Assembly: GCA_946537835.1 (NCBI GenBank)
Contig: CAMNGB010000001.1
Coordinates: 1-47,311, forward strand
DNA: 47,311 nt
Direction of reading: 5' to 3'
DNA from: an uncultured Erysipelotrichaceae bacterium
GTDB taxonomy: Bacteria; Bacillota_I; Bacilli_A; Erysipelotrichales; Erysipelotrichaceae
In this document: one piece after another, positions 40,400-47,311 of the stretch
Layout: every line of letters begins with the position of its first letter
Numbering within the stretch: the first letter of the stretch is position 1
The notes under the pieces: model-generated
The model's database searches: none
Seen by the model: the letters and a program-made list of their open reading frames with translations, nothing else
What the model was told of the DNA's origin: nothing
Translations under genes and position numbers: made by a program

Positions 40400-41332
40400 T
40401 TATTCTTCGCCGTACAATACTTTAGTTACATCGATCGTTGCCCGGCCCAGGGTAATGCGGTCACCGGCATTCAGGACAGCCCGGCCGAGTGACGGCAGCT
40501 TGGTCATATTCAGGAACGTTCCGTTATGTTCGGAAACATCCTCGATATACAGCTGACTGCCGATTGCCAGGATCCGTGCATGTTTTCTGGAAACTGCCGG
40601 TTCGGCAATGACCAGATCACAGGATGCGGCATCTCTTCCGAGCAGACACGGCAGCTGGTTCAGGGAATATTCACGGACGTTGTTGCCGATAACAACCGCA
40701 ACTTCCAGACCGGTCGGAATCGGACCGTCGGTAATGACCGGCTCTGCTGCCGGGGCTTCCGCAAAGACGTCTTCATCTTTCGGCATATCTTCCGGACGCT
40801 CAATGACTCTTGTGACAGCCTCTTCCGGCTCTTCGGTATCCGATACCGGAATGTCATCCAGGATTTCTCCTACCGCTGCATCCACATCTTCATCATTCAT
40901 TGCCGGTTCTGCCGGTGTTTCTTCGGCAGGAACTTCCACCGGTGTTTCAGCCGGAGTTTCAGCCGGTGCTTCTTCCGGCAGAGCTTCCGGAGCCGGAGCC
41001 TCTGCCGGTTCACCCGGGAATACCGGCAGGGAGAATTCATCGCCGAAGGAATCTTCACTGACCGGAACATCCGCTGCCGTAGCCGGCATCATGACTTCCG
41101 GTTCGGCTGCCGGAACTTCGGCAGGAGCTTCCGGTTCTTCCTTCTTTTTCTTTCCGAAACTGAACAGTTTCTTCTTCGGCGGCGGCGGAACCTCAACACC
41201 GCTGTCATCTACATAATAGACATTTCTTTTGACAGCCAGAAATATAACTGCAAGCATCAGTACGGCACTTACACCGACCAGTGCATAGATAATCAGCTTA
41301 TCGATTTCCGGATCATTCAGCATATTAAGCAT
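40400..41332 (-). CDS. Membrane-anchored FHA domain protein with a long acidic Pro/Ala linker
   Basis: N-terminal TM followed by KRN; C-terminal LGR, SRKHA and NGT FHA motifs. Confidence 0.9.
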   Translation of the reverse strand: MLNMLNDPEIDKLIIYALVGVSAVLMLAVIFLAVKRNVYYVDDSGVEVPPPPKKKLFSFGKKKKEEPEAPAEVPAAEPEVMMPATAADVPVSEDSFGDEFSLPVFPGEPAEAPAPEALPEEAPAETPAETPVEVPAEETPAEPAMNDEDVDAAVGEILDDIPVSDTEEPEEAVTRVIERPEDMPKDEDVFAEAPAAEPVITDGPIPTGLEVAVVIGNNVREYSLNQLPCLLGRDAASCDLVIAEPAVSRKHARILAIGSQLYIEDVSEHNGTFLNMTKLPSLGRAVLNAGDRITLGRATIDVTKVLYGEE

Positions 41333-41388
41333 ATTGTTTACCTCAAATCATATCCATTCTACACTGAAAAGCATGTTTGTGCCATATA

Positions 41389-42120
41389 TCAGTATACTCT
41401 GCGGTCGTATTTTGATGCCCTGCGGATCGTAATGATGACCATGATGTCCAGCAGTGCCACAAAGCCGTAGAAGAACATTACCGAAGCCGGTGTTCCGACC
41501 ATGATCGAGCCGTCATACAATGCATGCAGAATTGCTGCCATCAAAAACCCTGCTGTCTGCAGCAGACTTGCTTTATCATCACCGTGTTTTTCATATCCTT
41601 TGGCAATGCCGTACATCAGTCCCATATAGACAGCGAAGCTCATATGGGCAGGAATTGCCAGAAGCGCCCGCGGCAGAGCTACTTCAAGTCCGCCGTAGAA
41701 AAAGACATAAAGGATGTTCTCAAAGGCCGCAAAGCCCAGCGAAACGAATACGGCATAGACGATTCCGTCAAAGCGGTAATTGAAAGCGGGATGGTTCCAG
41801 CTGAAGCGGCGCAGGAAGAAGAATTTTGTGATTTCTTCGATCACCGCAACCGATGCGGCTGTCAGTACGCCGAAGCCGGCAACCGACAGGCTCGTATGTT
41901 CGGCATACATAGCCAGAAGATAATCCGCCCCGTATTCCAGTGCCATCGAGGCAAGTGCTGCCAGCACACCGCCGAAAAGCAGTTTGCCCAGCAGTTTTCC
42001 GGGTTCCTTTTCCACTCTGTCCTGACGGTAGATATAGAACATCAGGACTGCCGCCGGCAGTACCGCTGCAGCCGTATACAGCAGCAGATTGCCGGGGAGA
42101 GGATAACGCAGAATATTCAT
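41389..42120 (-). CDS. prsW: PrsW family intramembrane protease
   Basis: D..EKEP, EEITK, GFAAFEN, PAH, LHALYD. Confidence 0.92.
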   Translation of the reverse strand: MNILRYPLPGNLLLYTAAAVLPAAVLMFYIYRQDRVEKEPGKLLGKLLFGGVLAALASMALEYGADYLLAMYAEHTSLSVAGFGVLTAASVAVIEEITKFFFLRRFSWNHPAFNYRFDGIVYAVFVSLGFAAFENILYVFFYGGLEVALPRALLAIPAHMSFAVYMGLMYGIAKGYEKHGDDKASLLQTAGFLMAAILHALYDGSIMVGTPASVMFFYGFVALLDIMVIITIRRASKYDRRVY

Positions 42121-42122
42121 GA

Positions 42123-42992
42123 TCAGCAGGCTCCCTTCCAGGTTCCCTTACCGTGAACCATATCATAGATCAGATTCTTTGCCACACCGGTGCGGGCAGC
42201 AACTTCTCTGACAGCATCGCTTTTGGACATGCCCGCTTCCATCGCTTCATTGACCATGCGGAGTATATGCGACATGTCGACATCCTTTTCATAATCATCG
42301 TGATTGCCGTCCATGACAACAACCATCTCGCCTTTCAGCTCGGAAAGCACCGGCAGAAGTTCACTGACCGTGCCGCGCAGGAATTCCTCATGCCGCTTGG
42401 TCATTTCCCGGGCAATACAGCATTTGCGGTCTCCCAGAACATCCAGACAGCTCTGCATCATTTTCTCAATGCGGTGCGGTGCCTCATAGAAAATCATCGT
42501 CATCGGATAGGCCCGGTATTCCTGCAGCTTTTTGACGCGGTCGTGATTCGACGGCGGCAGAAAGCCGACAAACAGGAACGGCTGGGCGATCAGTCCCGAT
42601 GCCACCAGGGCATTGAGCATGGCGTTGCAGCCGGAAACCGGCACGACATTGAATCCGTTGCCTACTGCTTCCATGACAACTCTCTGACCGGGATCGGAAA
42701 TGAGCGGATAGCCGGCATCCGAAATCAGAGCGACATTGCTGCCCTGCTGCAGAAGATTCACAATTCCCCTGGCACTGCTGTCTTCATTGAAATTCTGATA
42801 GGCAATCAGGCGTTTGGAAATGCCGAAATGCTTCAGCAGCTGGCCGCTTGTCCGGGTATCCTCGCAGGCAATCACATCGACGCAGTTGAGCACTTCGATC
42901 GCCCGCGGCGTCATCTCGGAAAGATTGCCGATCGGTGTCGGTACCAGATACAGTGTAGGTTTTTCGTTTTCAAACGATTTCTGTCGGTTCAC
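42123..42992 (-). CDS. rsmI: 16S rRNA C1402 2'-O-methyltransferase
   Basis: LYLVPTPIGNL, CEDTR, SDAGYPLISDPG, FYEAPHR, REMTKRHEE. Confidence 0.96.
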   Translation of the reverse strand: MNRQKSFENEKPTLYLVPTPIGNLSEMTPRAIEVLNCVDVIACEDTRTSGQLLKHFGISKRLIAYQNFNEDSSARGIVNLLQQGSNVALISDAGYPLISDPGQRVVMEAVGNGFNVVPVSGCNAMLNALVASGLIAQPFLFVGFLPPSNHDRVKKLQEYRAYPMTMIFYEAPHRIEKMMQSCLDVLGDRKCCIAREMTKRHEEFLRGTVSELLPVLSELKGEMVVVMDGNHDDYEKDVDMSHILRMVNEAMEAGMSKSDAVREVAARTGVAKNLIYDMVHGKGTWKGAC

Positions 42993-44188
42993 CCTTGATT
43001 CTCCTGTGTCTTCTTTTTCCCGAATGTACGGACAGTGACATTCCTTGTCTCTGTCTTCTTCTCCGGAGTTCTTTCACGCTCGCGGCGGCTGTCGTTGTTG
43101 CGGCGGCGCGAACGGCTGCTGTTGCTGTTATTGCTGCTGCCGGCATTCGCATTGTTGTTGCGGCTGCGGTTCTGGTTCCTGTTATTCGTATTCTCACGGC
43201 GTTCCGGCTTGACATTGACGGAAGGCAGTTCCATTGAGACATGCGGCGTCGGCTTTTCGGCTGTGCGTGATACCGTGCGGTGAATGACTTCTTTCTTTTC
43301 GCCGTCATTGCGCTTCTGCATGACAACACCCTTGCGCGGAATTGCCTTTTCACGCAGATCCTGCAGGGAAATGAAGATGACCTGTTCATGGTTTTCCAGC
43401 TTGGCCTCTTCATTCATGACATTCATGTTGGTAATACGGTAGATATTGCCTTCGTACTCCACCTGGGAGCCCATCTTCGGCAGTCCCGATGTCAGTTCCT
43501 TATACTCATCATCTTCGTATTTCAGGCAGCACATCAGTTTGCCGCACATGCCGGAAAGCTTTTCCGTATTCAGTGCCAGCAGCTGGTTCTTGGCCATATT
43601 GATGGAGATGATATCAAAACGGCTCTTGAATCTGCGGCAGCAGCATTCCATGCCGCACATGCCGATGCCTCCGACCATCTTGGCCTTGTCCCTTTCGCCG
43701 ATCTGACGCAGTTCGATGCGGCAGTGCAGGCGTGCTCCCAGCTTCTTCAGCAGTTCACGGAAGTCAACGCGCTGATCGGCAAGATAGATGAACAGCACCT
43801 TGGATCTGTCCAGCGTATACTGGGCATTCAGCAGATTCATATTCAGCCCGAGGGCGGCAATCTCTTCGTTGCAGATGGCGAATGCCTCATCTTCATAGGC
43901 GCCGTTTTCGGCGTAGTTCTGCAGGTCTCTGTGGGTAGCCAGGCGGACGATCGGCTTCTGCGGCATCCGCAGGCTGTATTTTTTCAGATCGATTGCATCG
44001 GCTTCGACTTCGCCCATTTCCAGACCCTGTGCCGTCTCGACAACGACCCACTGTCCTTTTTTAATATCACCGCTGAAAGATCCGAAGGAATACGGCTTGG
44101 CCGCATCCTTGAACCGTACAGCTACGGAATACGGATATTCAACCTGTTCTTCAGGTGTCTGTTTTTTATTTTCAAATGTTTCGCTCAT
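42989..44188 (-). CDS. ricT: PSP1-domain protein RicT/YaaT with a low-complexity tail
   Basis: RVDFRELLK, RIELRQIG, GMCGMECCC, GMCGKLMCCLKYE; follows holB. Confidence 0.93.
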   Translation of the reverse strand: MSETFENKKQTPEEQVEYPYSVAVRFKDAAKPYSFGSFSGDIKKGQWVVVETAQGLEMGEVEADAIDLKKYSLRMPQKPIVRLATHRDLQNYAENGAYEDEAFAICNEEIAALGLNMNLLNAQYTLDRSKVLFIYLADQRVDFRELLKKLGARLHCRIELRQIGERDKAKMVGGIGMCGMECCCRRFKSRFDIISINMAKNQLLALNTEKLSGMCGKLMCCLKYEDDEYKELTSGLPKMGSQVEYEGNIYRITNMNVMNEEAKLENHEQVIFISLQDLREKAIPRKGVVMQKRNDGEKKEVIHRTVSRTAEKPTPHVSMELPSVNVKPERRENTNNRNQNRSRNNNANAGSSNNSNSSRSRRRNNDSRRERERTPEKKTETRNVTVRTFGKKKTQENQG

Positions 44189-45182
44189 GGTTAAAATCCT
44201 CCAGTCTGCGGAACGTTTCAGCCATCAGCAGATTCAGATCGTTGAATCTGTTGATCTTGTCTTTCTGTTCCGAAACGATCATGATCAGCCGGGCACTGTC
44301 ATGTTCGCTCATTTTAGCATTGATTACGGCATCATGATACCATTTCGGTCCTCCGGCGTCATGCCGTATGACATCATGTCCATACAGCAGGAGAAGATCC
44401 ATAAAGGCGTTCAGCAGCGTTATATTGGAGCGCTTTGCCTTGTCTTTTTCACCGCCGCTGAATTTCCATGAAATATCATAGTCGATCAGCAGCTCATCCC
44501 TCGGCATGCCGTCCAGATTCAGATACTGCCGGAACATCCCCAGGGCATGTTCATATTCTTCCCCTTCGCTGAAGGGAACGATTTCCTCTGCTCTGCGGAC
44601 CAGGTGTGAAATCAGATATGCATCTTCTTCCCCGATTCCGGCTTCCCTTGCCATTTCCTCATAGGCTTCCGCCGGCTGCGGAACAAACGGCAGAACCGTG
44701 CAGCGGGAAATGATCGTCGGCAGAAGGCGGCTGACATTGTCTGCCGTCAGAATCGCGGTGACGCCTCTTCCCGGTTCTTCCAGAAACTTCAGCATCGAGT
44801 TCTGGGCAGAAATGCTGGCTGTTTCCGCATTTTCAATAATATAGACTCTTTTCCCTTCGCTGTTTTCCAGGGCCGTGCGGCTGAACTTTTCCTGTATGCT
44901 GTCGACATCGTCCTTGGAAACAGCCTTCTTTGATCCGTCGAGAATGACCAGATCGCCGTACAGGCCTTCCCTGACCCGCCGGCAGGTATTGCATTCCTCA
45001 CAGGCCAGTCCTTCTTTTCTCTCGCAGAAAATACTCTCGGCCAGCAGTAATGCGGCTTCATTCTTGATCGTTCCGTAAGGCCCCGTAAACAGATAGGCAT
45101 TCGATACCCTGTCATTCTTCAGGGCATTCTCAAGAGCCTGATAAACGACCGGCTGCTGTTTTTTCAGCAGGTCCTTAAGCAT
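44172..45182 (-). CDS. holB: DNA polymerase III delta' subunit
   Basis: AYLFTG, CEECNTC, AQNSMLKFLEEP, LLPTIISRC; follows tmk. Confidence 0.93.
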   Translation of the reverse strand: MLKDLLKKQQPVVYQALENALKNDRVSNAYLFTGPYGTIKNEAALLLAESIFCERKEGLACEECNTCRRVREGLYGDLVILDGSKKAVSKDDVDSIQEKFSRTALENSEGKRVYIIENAETASISAQNSMLKFLEEPGRGVTAILTADNVSRLLPTIISRCTVLPFVPQPAEAYEEMAREAGIGEEDAYLISHLVRRAEEIVPFSEGEEYEHALGMFRQYLNLDGMPRDELLIDYDISWKFSGGEKDKAKRSNITLLNAFMDLLLLYGHDVIRHDAGGPKWYHDAVINAKMSEHDSARLIMIVSEQKDKINRFNDLNLLMAETFRRLEDFNHERNI

Positions 45183-45804
45183 CCAGCAGTCCTTTCACTG
45201 CCTGATAGGCATCTTCGATCACTTCTTCGACTGCCCGGTTGGCATCGATGATGATCATTCTGTCGGCATACTTCCGGATCACCTGACGGTATCCGTCATA
45301 GACACGTTCATGGAATTCCAGACTCTCCTGATCCAGACGGTCCAGAACTGCCCGCTGGGAACGGATGCGCTTCAGCCCCACTTCGGCATCGACATCGAGA
45401 AAGATTGTCTTGTACGGCATATGATCTTCAATCGCAAACAGATTGATATCATAGACTTCCTGTATGCCGAGCTGACGGCCGCATCCCTGATAGGCCAGGG
45501 AACTGTCGACAAACCTGTCCGACAGGATCGTAACGCCGCTCTCCAGTGCCGGCAGAACCTTGTCGGTCAGATGCTGGCGGCGGCTGGCCGCATACAGCAG
45601 TGCCTCGGTTCTGGCATCCATATCGGTATTGTCCGGGTCGAGTATGATACTGCGGATTTCTTCCGCAATTTTACTGCCGCCCGGTTCACGGGTATATCTG
45701 ACTTTGTATCCTTCTTTTTCCAGACGTTCACATACAGCAGTGCTGACAGTTGTCTTGCCGCTTCCGTCCGGACCTTCAAATGTAATAAATAATCCTTTTT
45801 TCAT
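45175..45804 (-). CDS. tmk: Thymidylate kinase
   Basis: FEGPDGSGKTT, TREPGG, LLYAASRRQH, DRFVDSSLAYQG. Confidence 0.97.
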   Translation of the reverse strand: MKKGLFITFEGPDGSGKTTVSTAVCERLEKEGYKVRYTREPGGSKIAEEIRSIILDPDNTDMDARTEALLYAASRRQHLTDKVLPALESGVTILSDRFVDSSLAYQGCGRQLGIQEVYDINLFAIEDHMPYKTIFLDVDAEVGLKRIRSQRAVLDRLDQESLEFHERVYDGYRQVIRKYADRMIIIDANRAVEEVIEDAYQAVKGLLDA

Positions 45805-45929
45805 AATATGGATATTATAGCATTCCCCCAGTCACCAAAAAAGCCGCACAGGCTTCCCTTTTCCTGTTTTTCCGCGGGTTTTTCCTCCTTTTGAACAATA
45901 TAGCCTTCAGAAGGGAGAAACAATATCTC

Positions 45930-46739
45930 ATGCCGGTGAACTACAGTGATCTTACAATCTCAAACAACTTCATCTTTACCAAAGTCATGAGTGACAAGGA
46001 ACTCAAGAAAGAACTTCTTGAAAAGATCCTTCCCGAAAGAAGAATCTCCGATCTCAAAGTCATCAGTGAAGAAAAGACCATGGAGGAATATCCCGATGTG
46101 CACGGCATCCGTCTTGATGTGTACTGTGAAGATGAAAATGCCATGTTTGATGTGGAAATGCAGGTGCTGGAAAAAGACCTTCCGGAGAAACGGGCGCGAT
46201 ATTATCAGTCGATCATGGATTCCTCTGCGCTGAGGAAAGGAGAAGACTACAGAAAGCTGAAGGATCAGTATGTCATCTTCTTCTGCCTGTATGATCCCTT
46301 CGGTGCTAATATGATGGTGTACAGATTCAGAAACCGTACCGAAGAAGGCACGGTGCTGAAAGACGGAGCGGAGAAAATCTACATCAACTGTCTTGCGGAA
46401 GAAGCAGGAAGGTACGAAAGCCTCAGGCCTTTTGCGGAACATGTAAGAGGCAGGAAAAGCGAGGATGCCTACGTCAAAAAGGTTGACCGATCCGTATGGA
46501 TGGCAAACAGGAATCCGCAGTGGAGGAAAGAGTATATGTATTCCCGATACTACATAGATCAGGCAAGAGAAGAAGGAAAAGCAGAGGGAAAAGCAGAAGG
46601 AACACTGCAGACGGTTCTGCAGATGTATCTGGATGAAAAGATCGACCTGCCGACCGCTCTGAAGTACTGTCATCTTTCCGAGACAGATTTTCTGAAACAG
46701 GTTCATGACTGCAAAACTTCCTTAACCGGAAACAGTTAA
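45930..46739 (+). CDS. Rpn family PD-(D/E)XK nuclease (recombination-promoting nuclease/putative transposase)
   Basis: NNFIFTKVM, IRLDVY, FDVEMQ, KRARYYQS, VIFFCLYDPF, EEGKAEGKAEG. Confidence 0.9.
   Translation: MPVNYSDLTISNNFIFTKVMSDKELKKELLEKILPERRISDLKVISEEKTMEEYPDVHGIRLDVYCEDENAMFDVEMQVLEKDLPEKRARYYQSIMDSSALRKGEDYRKLKDQYVIFFCLYDPFGANMMVYRFRNRTEEGTVLKDGAEKIYINCLAEEAGRYESLRPFAEHVRGRKSEDAYVKKVDRSVWMANRNPQWRKEYMYSRYYIDQAREEGKAEGKAEGTLQTVLQMYLDEKIDLPTALKYCHLSETDFLKQVHDCKTSLTGNS
46536..46739 (+). CDS. Putative internally initiated small protein (RpnS-like, 67 aa)
   Basis: GGAGG at 46522-46526 precedes the in-frame ATG 46536, just before the EGKA repeats. Confidence 0.6.
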   Translation: MYSRYYIDQAREEGKAEGKAEGTLQTVLQMYLDEKIDLPTALKYCHLSETDFLKQVHDCKTSLTGNS

Positions 46740-46787
46740 GGATACTGCCCTGCCCGGATTCTGATCTGCGGCCGTCTTTCCGGATGA

Positions 46788-47311
<524 letters not shown>

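Noticed and set aside
45050-45095. Degenerate Walker A in holB (GPYGTIK)
   Set aside because: Expected for the non-ATPase delta' subunit.

Overview
Core-chromosome window of a Firmicute. Gene content and order suggest Erysipelotrichaceae (an inference). I see no prophage, intact IS or CRISPR array. Housekeeping content: typA (partial), tRNA-Leu(GAG), ftsE-ftsX-ctp-uvrB, a Trp T-box controlled ABC transporter, trkAH, mutL-miaA, pepD, malic enzyme and tmk-holB-ricT-rsmI-prsW. A dispersed beta-glucoside system comprises three GH1 genes, an orphan PTS EIIC, a variant ChbG and RpiR. The best novelty candidates are: (1) an unannotated ~120-nt four-hairpin sRNA at 21708-21831 with two CCCCUU loops under OmpR/PhoB-type direct repeats; (2) a membrane-anchored, degenerate ECF-sigma-like/TPR protein next to PrsW and a membrane FHA protein; (3) an intact Rpn gene with an internal in-frame start, plus a separate, apparently catalytically dead Rpn paralog lacking that tail; (4) an XpaC-like protein coupled to a cytoplasmic 5'-nucleotidase; (5) a ChbG with a reciprocal His/Asp swap. 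All calls come from reading motifs by eye; no searches were run.
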